From an uncultured beta proteobacterium (lineage in GTDB: Bacteria > Pseudomonadota > Gammaproteobacteria > Burkholderiales > SG8-41), in NCBI GenBank assembly GCA_903889565.1, contig CAISYC010000018.1, positions 18,712 to 82,711 of the forward strand: a stretch of 64,000 nt of DNA, in the 5' to 3' direction. Every line of letters starts with the position of its first letter. Position 1 is the stretch's first letter. A program made the position numbers and the translations under genes. Below, in pieces: positions 25,592-36,374 of this stretch. The notes under the pieces are model-generated. The model was not told the origin of the DNA, ran no database searches, and worked only from the letters and a program-made list of their open reading frames with translations.

Positions 25592-26463
25592 ATGAAGCCG
25601 GGGCAATTCACTTATCACGCGCCGCGCAGCGCCGACGAGGCGGTGGCGATGCTGGCGGCGCTGTCGCCGCAGGAAGGGCGCGTGATCGCCGGCGGCCAAA
25701 GTCTGGTGCCGGCGATGGCGCTGCGGCTGGCGATGCCGGCCCATCTCGTCGATATATCCGGCGTGGCCGAATTGGCGCGGCTTGCGGTCGAGGGCGATGA
25801 ACTGGTGATCGGCGCCGCGGTGACGCACAGCCGGTTCGAGACGAGCGCAGTAGCGGGGCCACTCGGCCGGTTGCTGGCCGGCGTAGCACGCCACATCGGC
25901 CATTATCCGATCCGCACACGCGGCACCTTCTGCGGCAGCATCGCCAATGCCGACCCGGCTTCGGAATGGTGTGTGGTCGCGGCCTGCCTCGGCGCAACCA
26001 TGGTCGCGCGCAGCGCGCGCGGCACGCGACGCGTCGCCGCGGCGGATTTTTTTCAGGGCATGCTCGCCACCGCACTTGCATCGGACGAACTGCTGATCGA
26101 AGTCCGCCTGCCTCGGCTTGCAGCGGCGGCGCGCTGGGGTTTTTATGAATTCAGCCGGCGCCCCGGCGACTTCGCGGTGGCGATGGCACTGGCGACGTAT
26201 CAACTCGCCGATGGTGTCATCGCCGCGCCGCGCATCGCCGTCGGCGGCGTCGAAGACCGTCCGCGCCGCATCGCCGCGGCCGAAGCGGCGATCGTTGGCG
26301 CGTCGCCGTCGGCCGCGCTGTTGCAGGCGGCGGCTGATGCCGCGGCGCGTGCCGTTGCGCCAATCGACGAAAAAGCGGAGACCGTGAATTACAAACGCGA
26401 TGTCACGCGCGCGGCGGTGCGGCGCGCGCTCGCTGCGGCGGCAATCGCGGAGGATCAGCGCGC

Positions 26464-26467
<4 letters not shown>
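25592..26467 (+). CDS. xanthine dehydrogenase/CO dehydrogenase family FAD-binding (medium) subunit
   Basis: 291 aa. MKPGQFTYHAPRSADEAVAMLA...VIAGGQSLVPAMALRLAMPAHLVDI is the FAD_binding_5 pattern. There is a 4-nt overlap with the next gene. Confidence 0.88.
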
Positions 26468-26945
<478 letters not shown>

Positions 26946-26949
<4 letters not shown>

Positions 26950-29276
26950 ACGCGCCCGCAACCAGACAGAAGTTCATCGGCCGCTCGGTCACCCGCCTGG
27001 AGGATCTGCCGCTGGTGCAGGGCCGCGGCCGTTACGCCGCGAGCATTTCGTTTCCGCACCAGTTGCACATGCGGGTGGTGCGCTCGGCGCATGCGCACGG
27101 CAAAATCGTTTCGATCGACACGGCGGCCGCGCTGGCAATGCCGGGCTGCTTCGCAGTATGGACAGCGGCGGATGTCGCGGCCATTCCGCCGATTGAATTC
27201 CGGCCGACTCACATCAAGGGCCTGGAGCCGTACCGGCAATACGTGCTGGCGCGCGAGCGCGTGCGTTACGTCGGCGAGCCGGTCGCGGTGGTGTTCGCGG
27301 AAGATGCCTATCAGGCCGAGGACGCCGCCGATCAGGTGGTGGTCGAGATTGCGGAATTGCCGGTGATTCTTGACGCCGAACAACTGCCCGGCGAATTCGA
27401 ACCGGGGCGCGACACCGAGCCGACGGTGATCCGCAAGAAATTCGGCGATGTCGAGGGCGCATTTCGCGAGGCTCAATCGGTCGTCGAACTCGATCTGATT
27501 ATCGGCCGGCATTCCGGCGTGCCGATGGAGACGCGCGGCGCGATCGCGCGCCACGACGCGACGCGCGACGTGCTCGAACTGCACGGCGCGACCAAGCGCC
27601 CGCATCCCAACCGCGATCTGCTGGCCAAAATGCTCGGCCGCAGCCCCTCGTCGGTCCATCTCTACGAATGTCATATCGGCGGCGGCTTCGGCGTGCGCGG
27701 TGAAATTTATCCCGAAGACGTGCTGGTCTGCGCGGCCGCATTGCGTTTCGGCCGGCCGGTCAAATTCATCGAGGACCGGCGCGAGAACCTGATGGCCTGC
27801 AATCATTCGCGCCAGCAGCGCCATCACATCCGCGCCGCCATCGATGCAGATGGCCGCATTCTCGCGCTCGATGACGAGTTTTTTCACGATCAGGGCGCCT
27901 ATATCCGCACGCACGGCGCGTCGGTGGCCGATGGCACCGCCACCATGCTGGCCGGGCCTTACAACGTGCCGGCGTATCGCGTGGTCGCGCATTACCGGCT
28001 GACCAATAAAACGCCGGCGGCGACTTATCGCTCGCCCGGCCGCTTCGAATCGACCTTCGTCATCGAACGCGTGCTCGATGCCATCGCCGCGAAAGCCGGC
28101 ATCGACCGTGTCGAGGCGCGGCGCCGCAATCTGCTGACGACCAGACAAATGCCGTATACGCGGCCGCTCGATCTGCACGGCAGCGCGATGATGATCGATT
28201 CCGGTGATTACGCGCTCCTGTTCGACAAGACGCTGGAACGATTCGGCTGGGCGCAGTTGCAGCGCGATCTCGCGCAGCGCCGCGCCGCCGGCGAACTGGT
28301 CGGTGCCGGGGTGGCATTTTTTCTGGAGAAAAGCGGGCTCGGGCCGGTCGAAGGCGTGCGCATCATTGTCGATACCGGCGGCACGGTCGAAGTGGTGACC
28401 GGTGCGGCCTCGGTCGGGCAGGGCGTTGAAACGGTAATCGCGCAAATCTGCGCCGATACGCTGGGTGTTGATTACCGTCGCGTGCGCGTGACGCATGGCC
28501 GCACCGACCGCATCGATTACGGCACCGGCGCGCATGCGGCGCGCGTGACCGTGATGACCGGCTCGGCCACGCATATCGCGGCGCTGAAAGTGCGCGCAAA
28601 AGCGCTGGAGATCGCGGCTTCAGACATGATGGAAGCGGAGATCGACGCGCTCGATATCGTCGACGGTCGCGTCGTGCGCAAGGACAGTCCGGACAGTCCG
28701 TCGGTGTCGCTGGCGCAGATCGCCGCGGCGTTGACGGCCGCTTCGGCGGTGGCCAAGGGGCGCGAGCCGGGCCTGTCGGCGGACGGCGTGTTTCATTGCG
28801 AGCACGAGGCTTATCCGTACGGCGCGCACGTCGCAGTGGTGAAGGTGGATGCTGAAACCGGCGGCGTGAAGATCGAGCGCTATCTTGCCTCGTACGACAT
28901 CGGCGTAGCGGTCAACCCGATGCTGGTCGAGGGGCAGATCGTCGGCAGCATGGTGCAGGGATTGGGCGGCGCGCTGTTTGAGGAATTCGTCTACGACGAG
29001 AGCGGCACGCCGCTGGCGGTCACCTTCGCCGATTATTTGCTGCCGACGGCGCTCGATGTGCCGCCGGTCGATGTTTTGCTCACGCAGGACGCGCCGAGTC
29101 CGCTCAATCCGCTCGGCATCAAGGGCGGCGGCGAGAGCGGCATCACGGCGGTCGGCGCCGTGATCGCCTCGGCGATTGACGACGCCATTGGCCGCGCGGG
29201 GGCGGTGACGCAACTGCCGGTGACGCCGCAGCGGCTGCATGCAATATTGAAACGCAGGCAACAGAGTCCGCAGTAA
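26946..29276 (+). CDS. molybdopterin-binding large subunit of a xanthine dehydrogenase-family hydroxylase
   Basis: ORF 26766..29276. ATG 26946 overlaps the previous stop (ATGA). MNAPATRQKFIGRSVTRLEDLPLVQGRGRY, HIGGGFGVRGE, ATYRSPGRFE, GIKGGGESGI (conserved Glu). 776 aa. Confidence 0.9.
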
Positions 29277-29312
29277 GCGGGCCGTTCTTGGTTCAACGAC
29301 GGAGGCTGCTAT

Positions 29313-30299
29313 ATGAAACTGCGCGCAGGAGCAGGCTGTTTTTGCGTTGGTCTGATTGGCTGGCTGTGTTCGCTTGCGGCGAGTGCACAGACGCCGGCAA
29401 ACTATCCGGCCAGAACGGTGCGCGTGGTGGTCGGCTTTGCGCCCGGCGGCGGCACCGATGTGATCGCGCGGTTTTTCGCGCAAAAGCTCGGTGAATCGTT
29501 CGGCCAGTCGTTCATCGTCGAGAACCGCGCCGGTGCCGGCGGCAACATCGGCGCCGAGTACGTGGCGAAGGCCGCCCCCGACGGTTACACGCTGATGATG
29601 GCGATCGCCTCGCTCGCCATTAACGTCACGCTGTACCGGAATCTTGCCTACGATCCGGTGAAAGACTTCACGCCGGTCGGCACCGTCGCGATCACGCCGA
29701 ATTGTTTCGTGGTGCACCCGTCGCTGCCGGTGAAATCGTTGCGCGAATTGATTGCGCTTGCCAAGGCGAAGCCGGGCGAAATTTCCTATGCGTCCGCAGG
29801 CAGCGGCACGCCGGTGCACCTGTCGGTGGAGCTGTTTCAATTGATGGCGCATATCAAACTGCTGCACGTGCCCTATAACGGCAGCGGACCTTCCACCGTC
29901 GCGGTGCTCGGCGGCCAGGTGCCGATGCTGGCAACCACGCTGCCCGCCGGCCTGCCGCATGTGCGCGCCGGCAAACTGCGCATGCTCGGCATCACCAGCG
30001 CGGAGCGCACGGCGCTCGCGCCCGAATTCCCCACCGTGGCCGAGGCGGCCGGATTGCCGGGTTATGAAGCCGGTGTCTGGTACGGTTTTCTGGCGCCGGC
30101 CGGCACGCCGGCGGCGGTCGTCAACAGGCTGAATGCCGAGAGCGAGCGGCTGCTGCAACAGCGCGAGGTGCGCGAGCGGCTGGCGGCGCTGGGTTTCGAC
30201 CCCTACCGTCACACGCAGGTGGAGTTCGCCGACATTATCAAGTCCGACATCGTGAAGTGGGGCAAGGTGGTGCGCGAGTCGGGCGCAAAAGCCGATTGA
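29313..30299 (+). CDS. Bug/TctC-family periplasmic solute-binding protein
   Basis: 328 aa. MKLRAGAGCFCVGLIGWLCSLAASAQTPANYPARTVRVVVGFAPGGGTD, PDGYTLMM, VPYNGSGPS, GLPGYE. Confidence 0.92.
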   Translation: MKLRAGAGCFCVGLIGWLCSLAASAQTPANYPARTVRVVVGFAPGGGTDVIARFFAQKLGESFGQSFIVENRAGAGGNIGAEYVAKAAPDGYTLMMAIASLAINVTLYRNLAYDPVKDFTPVGTVAITPNCFVVHPSLPVKSLRELIALAKAKPGEISYASAGSGTPVHLSVELFQLMAHIKLLHVPYNGSGPSTVAVLGGQVPMLATTLPAGLPHVRAGKLRMLGITSAERTALAPEFPTVAEAAGLPGYEAGVWYGFLAPAGTPAAVVNRLNAESERLLQQREVRERLAALGFDPYRHTQVEFADIIKSDIVKWGKVVRESGAKAD

Positions 30300-30352
30300 G
30301 ATCATTGTATGATCAATCGAAAATAATGATCGTTCGTAGAGGGGGAATTGCC

Positions 30353-31354
30353 ATGACAGAAATGACGCGTCGTCAAATGCTGGTCGGCACGGCCGCCGCG
30401 GCAGTCGCCGCCGCCGTGCCGCTTGTTCAATCGTCATCCGCGCGCGCAGCGGCGCCGCAATTCGGCAAACAGGCGCCGGGTTTTTATCGCTACAAGCTCG
30501 GCAGCTTCGAGATCACGGTCGTCACCGATGGCAAGAGCCGCGTGCCGATCACCGACGCCTTCGTGACGAATGCGAGTCAGGCCGAAGTGAAAGCGGCGCT
30601 GGCGGCGGTTTTCATGGATACGGAGACCTTTTTCGGGCCGTATAACCCGATCGTGGTCAACACCGGTGCGAATCTTGCCGTCATCGACACCGGCAACGGC
30701 GAGGCGGCTTATCTTTCCACCAAGGGCCTCAACGGCCAGTTCCTGACCAATCTCGCCGCGGCCGGCATCGATGCGAATGCGGTCGATACGGTGATCATTT
30801 CGCATTACCACGGCGACCATATCAACGGCCTGCTCAAGGCCGACAACACGCTTGCCTTTCCCAATGCGAAGGTGCTGGTGCCGGCACCCGAACATCGTTA
30901 CTGGATGAGCGATGCTGAAATGAGCCGCGCGCCCTCGCCGCGCATCGACATGCTGTTCAAGAATGTGCGGCGCGTAATCAGCGGCGAGGTGTTGAAGCGT
31001 CTGCACACTTACGAGTGGGGCGAGGAGGTGATACCGGGCATCTCCGCCGTTGGCACGCCGGGGCAATCGCCCGGGCACACGTCCCATGTTGTCGCCTCGG
31101 GCAACAGCAAGGTGTTCGTGCACGGCGACGTCACGCACGCGCCCTATCTGTTCGTGCGCAATCCGGGCTGGCATCCGTTCTACGATCACGATCCCGTGCA
31201 ATCCGAGGTCACGCGCCGCAAGGTGCTGGAAATGCTGGCCAACGAAAAAATGCTGGTGCAGGGCTATCACTTCCCGTTTCCGGGCGTAGCGCACATCGAG
31301 AAGACCGCGACCGGTTATCGTGAAGTGCCCATTCAGTGGGATCCGCAGATTTGA
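30353..31354 (+). CDS. MBL-fold metallo-hydrolase with twin-arginine signal peptide
   Basis: ORF 30257..31354. ATG 30353 follows GAGGGGGA. MTEMTRRQMLVGTAAAAVAAAVPLVQSSSARA is Tat-like. Canonical ISHYHGDHINGL motif; GQSPGHTS; HGDVTH. Confidence 0.85.
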   Translation: MTEMTRRQMLVGTAAAAVAAAVPLVQSSSARAAAPQFGKQAPGFYRYKLGSFEITVVTDGKSRVPITDAFVTNASQAEVKAALAAVFMDTETFFGPYNPIVVNTGANLAVIDTGNGEAAYLSTKGLNGQFLTNLAAAGIDANAVDTVIISHYHGDHINGLLKADNTLAFPNAKVLVPAPEHRYWMSDAEMSRAPSPRIDMLFKNVRRVISGEVLKRLHTYEWGEEVIPGISAVGTPGQSPGHTSHVVASGNSKVFVHGDVTHAPYLFVRNPGWHPFYDHDPVQSEVTRRKVLEMLANEKMLVQGYHFPFPGVAHIEKTATGYREVPIQWDPQI

Positions 31355-32337
31355 GCGTGGCGTTGTTTTCAGCGTCTGCCGCCGTTGCGCTCTTGATCGC
31401 GAGCGCAGCGGCGCCCGCCGCCGAGCCTGCGGGCAATGCCTATCCGAATCACCCGATCCGGCTGATCGTGCCTGCCGCGCCCGGCGGCGGAACGGACAAT
31501 GTGGCGCGCACCTATGCGCCGACGCTGTCGCGCATCCTCGGCCAGCAGATTGTCGTCGATAACCGCGCCGGCGCCGGCGGCAGTATCGGTGCCAGCATCG
31601 GCGCGCATGCGCCGGCCGACGGCTACACCCTGGTGGCGACGTTTGCTTCGCACGCCACCAATTCCGCGGTGATAAAAGATACCGGCTACGATCTGGTGCG
31701 CGATTTTGCGCCGGTCTCGCTGACGGTGCTGCTGCCGAACATGCTGGTGACGAACCCGGCGTTTCCGGCGCGCGACGTCAAGACGCTGCTGGCGATGGCG
31801 CGCGCCCAGCCCGGCAAGATCCAGTTTGCCTCGGGCAGTTTCGGCGCCAGTTCGCATCTGTCGATGGAGTTGCTGCTCGGCATGACGCACACGCAGATGC
31901 AGAACGTGCCGTACAAGGGCGTCGGGCCGGCGCTGATCGCCGTCGTTACCGGCGAAGTGCAGTTGATGATCGGCAGCCTCCTGAGCGCACTGCCGCATGT
32001 GCACAGCGGCAAGCTCGTCGCGCTTGGCGTGACCAGCAGCAAACGCGTCAGCGCCGCGCCCGATGTGCCGACCATCGCCGAAGCCGGCGTGCCCGGCTAT
32101 CAGGCCGACAACTGGTCCGGCGTGCTCGCGCCCGCGGGCACGCCGCGGCCGATCGTGATGAAACTGCACGCGGCCATCAGCGAAGCCCTGCAGGATCCGT
32201 TTGTGAAAAAACGCTTTCTCGACGAGGGCGGCGAGGCCGCGCCGAGCCGCACGCCGGAGGAATTCGGCGGCATGATCAGGAATGAATTGCAGAAGTGGAG
32301 CAGAGTCGTGAAGGACGCCGGCATTCAGGCGCAGTAG
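31336..32337 (+). CDS. Bug/TctC-family periplasmic solute-binding protein
   Basis: GTG 31336 overlaps the MBL gene end; TTG 31351 and GTG 31357 are alternative starts. LSVALFSASAAVALLIASAAAPAAEPAGNAYPNHPIRLIVPAAPGGGTDN, ADGYTLVA, VPYKGVGPA, GVPGYQ. Confidence 0.9.
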   Translation: MGSADLSVALFSASAAVALLIASAAAPAAEPAGNAYPNHPIRLIVPAAPGGGTDNVARTYAPTLSRILGQQIVVDNRAGAGGSIGASIGAHAPADGYTLVATFASHATNSAVIKDTGYDLVRDFAPVSLTVLLPNMLVTNPAFPARDVKTLLAMARAQPGKIQFASGSFGASSHLSMELLLGMTHTQMQNVPYKGVGPALIAVVTGEVQLMIGSLLSALPHVHSGKLVALGVTSSKRVSAAPDVPTIAEAGVPGYQADNWSGVLAPAGTPRPIVMKLHAAISEALQDPFVKKRFLDEGGEAAPSRTPEEFGGMIRNELQKWSRVVKDAGIQAQ

Positions 32338-32377
32338 TCGAACCCCAACCCGCATCCATGACGAAAGTGAAAACAGC

Positions 32378-33124
32378 ATGAGCAATGCCGCCGCAGTCAA
32401 GCCGCGTTATATCGCCGGATCGATTTCACCGATCGGTCCCGACCGCCATCCGATGTCGCAGCCGCAGCCGCTGCTGCCGCCGGACATCAAGCGCATTTCC
32501 ATATCGATCGAGATTTCCGATTACACCCGCGCCGGTGTCGACGAGGCGATCGGCGAGCGCTACTGGCAATGCGTAGACGAACTCATCAAGCAGGGCGCGC
32601 AGAGCATCACGCTGGCGGGCTTTCCGATCGCCTCGCAAATGGGCCGGCCGCGCGTGCTCGAATTGTTGAAGGAAACCGCCGCCAGAACCGGCGTGATTGC
32701 CGACGCGCATTCGGAAGCAACGATCGCGGCGATGCGCCACATGGGCATGCAACGCATCGCGATTGCCAGCCGCTGGTCGCCGGAGCTCAACGAAAAGCTG
32801 GTCGAATATCTGAAGGCCGCCGGTTTCGAGGTGTTGACCGTTACCGGCGTCGGTCAATGGGCAAAGCAGGCGTTCTCGATGAGTATCGAGGAGGGCGTCA
32901 AGCTGGCTTTCCAGCTCGCGCGCGAAGCCATGAAAAAAGCGCCAGACGCCGACGGTCTGCTGCTGCCCGGCGGCGCGTGGCGCAGCCTCGCCGCGGTGCC
33001 CATACTTGAAGACGATTTCGGGATTCCCGTGATCACCAATCCTGTCGCGCAGGCCTGGCGCCTGATCGCCGCCGGCATCGCGCCGCCGGTGCAGGGCTGG
33101 GGGCGGCTGCTCGCAACGCCGTGA
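32378..33124 (+). CDS. Asp/Glu racemase-superfamily protein (maleate isomerase / arylmalonate decarboxylase-like) lacking both catalytic Cys
   Basis: 248 aa. MQRIAIASRWSPELNEKLVEYLKAAGFEVL, DGLLLPGGAWRSLAAVPILEDDFGIPVITNPVAQAWRLI and the C-terminal GWGRLL align (from memory) with maleate isomerase ...VALVTPY...LEAEGF..., ALVISCCVQMPSL...FGIPVLSA and GAGRLL. The only Cys in the protein is in YWQCVDEL. Confidence 0.6.
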   Translation: MSNAAAVKPRYIAGSISPIGPDRHPMSQPQPLLPPDIKRISISIEISDYTRAGVDEAIGERYWQCVDELIKQGAQSITLAGFPIASQMGRPRVLELLKETAARTGVIADAHSEATIAAMRHMGMQRIAIASRWSPELNEKLVEYLKAAGFEVLTVTGVGQWAKQAFSMSIEEGVKLAFQLAREAMKKAPDADGLLLPGGAWRSLAAVPILEDDFGIPVITNPVAQAWRLIAAGIAPPVQGWGRLLATP

Positions 33125-33209
33125 ACGATTGTTCCGCTAGGCGGTTCAGCGTTGCTTGCGCGGCATGCCGGCGATCATGCGGCATCAAACGCGCCGGCAG
33201 AACCCGCGA

Positions 33210-34262
33210 TCAAACATCGAGCCGGTAGACGCGAGCCGCGTTGTCGCGATACAGCGCCGCCTTCTCGGCTGCCGAATAATTTTGCGTGATCCGCTTGAGC
33301 GCGTTCCACAGCACGCCGTAGCCGCAGGATTGCTTGTCCACCGGGAAATTGCTTTCCATCATGCAGCGGCCGACGCCGAAGGCCTCAATGGTGGCCTCTA
33401 CATAGGGCCGCCACGCCGCCGCCAGCTCCTCCGACGACGGCGGCACGTCGCGCAGGTGAAAGTCCCAGCCGCAATAGAGCATGCCGAGACCGCCGACTTT
33501 CGCGCTCAAATTGGGAAACTGCGCGAGTTCGCGGATGTGGCGGTGCCAGATCGCAAATACCTCGTCGCGGTTGCCGTCGTGCGGCGGAATGCCGAGGGGG
33601 CCGCCGACATGATTGAGAATGACGCTGGTATCGGGAAACGCGCGCAGCAGATCGGCGAGGTCGGGCAGCTGCGGATGAAATTGCCACGATTCGAATGACA
33701 GGCCGTGCCGCTGCAGGTGGGCGAAGCCCTTGCGGAACGCGGGGTCGAGCACCTGGCGGGGCGGCGACTGGTGGCGGCCGAATTTCGCCGCATTGCCGGT
33801 GTCCCAGGTCACGCCGTGGCGGATGCCGCGCAGGCGCTGGTTGCCGGCAGTGGTGAGCGCTTCCAGCACCGGCTGCACCGCATCGCCGAGCGTGAGATCA
33901 ACGTGGCCGATGATGCCGGCGCACAGCCGGGTCTTGCCGTAGCGGCCGCTCGCGCTCATGGCGGCGACGCCGCTGACGAACTCGACTTCGCCGACCGGCT
34001 GCATGGCGACGGGGCCGCCGGCGCGGTACATCGCGCCCGCTTCGATGAATATCGTGGCGATGATGTTGTGGCCGCTGCCGTTGACGTCCTCCGCGAGTTC
34101 GTGGATCAGATAGCGGCCGCGTTCGTCGTCCCAGACATGATGGTGCGGATCGAGTATCGGCAGCTCCGGTTCGAGCGGCGCCTCCTGCCGCTGCCTGGCC
34201 CAGTTGTTCAGATCCTCACCCTTGCGATAACTGTTGCCGCGGAATTCGTATGGTTTTGCCAT
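33210..34262 (-). CDS. amidohydrolase-2 (PF04909-type, ACMSD-like) family protein
   Basis: 350 aa. PILDPHHHVWDD (HxH metal site), VILNHVGGPLG, CMMESNFPVDK. Confidence 0.8.
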   Translation of the reverse strand: MAKPYEFRGNSYRKGEDLNNWARQRQEAPLEPELPILDPHHHVWDDERGRYLIHELAEDVNGSGHNIIATIFIEAGAMYRAGGPVAMQPVGEVEFVSGVAAMSASGRYGKTRLCAGIIGHVDLTLGDAVQPVLEALTTAGNQRLRGIRHGVTWDTGNAAKFGRHQSPPRQVLDPAFRKGFAHLQRHGLSFESWQFHPQLPDLADLLRAFPDTSVILNHVGGPLGIPPHDGNRDEVFAIWHRHIRELAQFPNLSAKVGGLGMLYCGWDFHLRDVPPSSEELAAAWRPYVEATIEAFGVGRCMMESNFPVDKQSCGYGVLWNALKRITQNYSAAEKAALYRDNAARVYRLDV

Positions 34263-34379
34263 TGCCTGCCTCCGACGATTTTATTTTTTGAAAGTGCGAA
34301 AGTTTCGCATTTTTTTGCGGCGAAGTCTTAGAGCCCATAACATCATGAAACGCGTGTTGGCGGTGTGCGGTGGCGTCTG

Positions 34380-36374
34380 CTAACGATTGCGATTGCCCGG
34401 CACTGGATGCGCATCGAGCAGTTCCGGCATGTGGGTGCCGGCCCACACGGCAAATAGCTCGCCCAATAAAAGGCTGCCATGTTCCGACAGATGCCCGTGA
34501 TCCCGGAAAAGCGGTCTGCCGTCGTCAGTCAGCCGGCAATGCCGTTCTGTGCAAAACAATTCGTTCTGCTCAAAGAAAGCGACCTGCGGATGGGTGGTTT
34601 GAATGCGCTGCTCAACAGCGAGAAAACGTGCGGCGTAGCGTTGCCTGATGCCGGTATCGAAATCGCAATTGACCGCGCTTTGAAACGGCCTGCCGGCGAA
34701 ACAGGTTTTGATGTCGAATCCCGGCGTCGCGGTGATGTCTTCGACTTGAAGATGGGGCGTGAACACGATCACCTTGATGCCATGTTGTTCAAGGCGATCG
34801 ATGCGTTCGATCAGCCGCTCGACCTCCGGCGATGCGATATCGATGCCGAGCCCGGCGATGATGGCGAATTTGACCGAGCGCTCCCGTTCGATCAGCTCGT
34901 CGATGAAGCGCCGCTGACGCAGGCCATAGTCGGCGCCGCAACTGCCGCGGGAGGTCGCGCCGCAATCGCCGATATTCAGAATGCTCTGTGCCGTGAAGTG
35001 CGCGTTTTGCGCGAGCCCCGGATACAATTGATTGGCGAACGAATTGCCAAGCAACAGCAGCGTCGGTTTTGCGTCGCTGCTGGCCATGCAATAGGGCGGT
35101 TCCGATGCTTTGGCGTCGGTGAGCGGATAGCGCTTGCGGCAGAGATCGTTGCTGGCGTATTGCCAGGCAAATTCCGCGTCGATGCGCTCGCGGGTGGCAA
35201 GGTAATTCTGCAGGTCGGTTCGGGCAATCATGCGGTTCTGCCCGAAACCGGTGGTGCCGATGAGTCCGATCGCTGTCATCATTGCGAGCAGCACGATTGC
35301 CTTCGCTTTGGCATGCGCGCCATAGCGCAGCGGCCGCTCGACCCATGCGTTCGTCATCGCGGCCAGCCCGATCGCAGCGGCAATGATGGAAAGACGTACG
35401 GACCACCCCGGCGTCGCGCCATTGACGATATGCGCAAACGACAATAAAGGCCAGTGCCACAGGTAGAGCGGGTAGCTGAGCAGCCCCGCCCCTGCCAGCA
35501 GGCGGTGCGAAAGCACGACGCGATTGATCCACGCCGCTTTGCCGGATGCGATGATGAGGGCCGCGCCTGCAGTCGGGATGACGGCCCGCCAACCCGGGAA
35601 ATCGGGCGGCGTGACATTGATCGCCATGCCGACGAATATCAGCGCGGCGCCAAGCGCGGATTGAAGGTTGCCGCGCGCATTGATTGGTTCGTTGAATGCG
35701 CCATTAGCGGCAGTCCCGGGCGGCCGCAGGCAGGCCAGCATGGAGCCGATCATCAATTCCCAAAAGCGGGTTTGCGGCGCGTAAAAAGCGCCTGCCAGAT
35801 CATCCGGCAATTTGAGGATATTCAGAGCGAACGACGCAATGCCGACGACGACAATCATTGCCGGCAGATTGAGCCGCCATCTCCATCCCAACCACAGCAG
35901 CAACGGCCAGACGATGTAATACTGCTCCTCAATACCGAGAGACCAGAGATGGAGCAGCGGTTTGGTCACCGCCTCGTTGTCGAAATAGCCGCTTTCGCGC
36001 TGCAGAAGAATATTCGACGCGAAACCGGCGCCGTAGGCGATGTGTTCGGTGAGTTGCCTGAATTCATGCGGGAACAAAACGATCAGGCCCGTTGCATAGA
36101 CGGCGACAAGCATCAATGACAGGGCGGGAAATATGCGGCGGATGCGGCGCATGTAAAACCCGGTGAAGCTGAACGCGTCGCGCTTCAGGCTTTCAACAAT
36201 CATGCCGGAGATCAGAAAGCCGGAAATGACGAAGAAAATATCCACGCCGGTGAAGCCGCCCCTGAAAAAAGCCGGGAAGCTGTGATAACCGACGACGCCA
36301 ACGATCGCCACGCCGCGCAATCCATCAATATCCGCGCGATGCGCGGAGTCGCGCAAATTTGAAAAAGAATTCAT
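34380..36374 (-). CDS. acyltransferase-3 family O-acyltransferase with C-terminal SGNH-like domain (OafA/OatA-like)
   Basis: ORF 34380..36575. Start ATG 36374. MNSFSNLRDSAHRADIDGLRGVAIVGVVGYHSFPAFFRGGFTGVDIFFVISGFLISG, about 10 predicted TM segments, and a C-terminal soluble domain with LLLGNSFANQLYPGL. It is visibly more AT-rich than its neighbours. Confidence 0.85.
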   Translation of the reverse strand: MNSFSNLRDSAHRADIDGLRGVAIVGVVGYHSFPAFFRGGFTGVDIFFVISGFLISGMIVESLKRDAFSFTGFYMRRIRRIFPALSLMLVAVYATGLIVLFPHEFRQLTEHIAYGAGFASNILLQRESGYFDNEAVTKPLLHLWSLGIEEQYYIVWPLLLWLGWRWRLNLPAMIVVVGIASFALNILKLPDDLAGAFYAPQTRFWELMIGSMLACLRPPGTAANGAFNEPINARGNLQSALGAALIFVGMAINVTPPDFPGWRAVIPTAGAALIIASGKAAWINRVVLSHRLLAGAGLLSYPLYLWHWPLLSFAHIVNGATPGWSVRLSIIAAAIGLAAMTNAWVERPLRYGAHAKAKAIVLLAMMTAIGLIGTTGFGQNRMIARTDLQNYLATRERIDAEFAWQYASNDLCRKRYPLTDAKASEPPYCMASSDAKPTLLLLGNSFANQLYPGLAQNAHFTAQSILNIGDCGATSRGSCGADYGLRQRRFIDELIERERSVKFAIIAGLGIDIASPEVERLIERIDRLEQHGIKVIVFTPHLQVEDITATPGFDIKTCFAGRPFQSAVNCDFDTGIRQRYAARFLAVEQRIQTTHPQVAFFEQNELFCTERHCRLTDDGRPLFRDHGHLSEHGSLLLGELFAVWAGTHMPELLDAHPVPGNRNR

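Noticed and set aside
28620-30437. 605-aa minus-strand ORF across the Mo-subunit 3-prime end and a Bug gene
   Set aside because: It is a shadow ORF antisense to two confidently assigned plus-strand genes, and its composition is Arg/His-rich.
34295-34316. Hairpin TGCGA-AAGTT-TCGCA followed by a T7 run on the plus strand
   Set aside because: It looks like an intrinsic terminator only in the plus orientation, but both flanking genes are on the minus strand. The stem is only 5-7 bp. It more likely reflects the AT-rich promoter/UP region of the amidohydrolase-2 gene.
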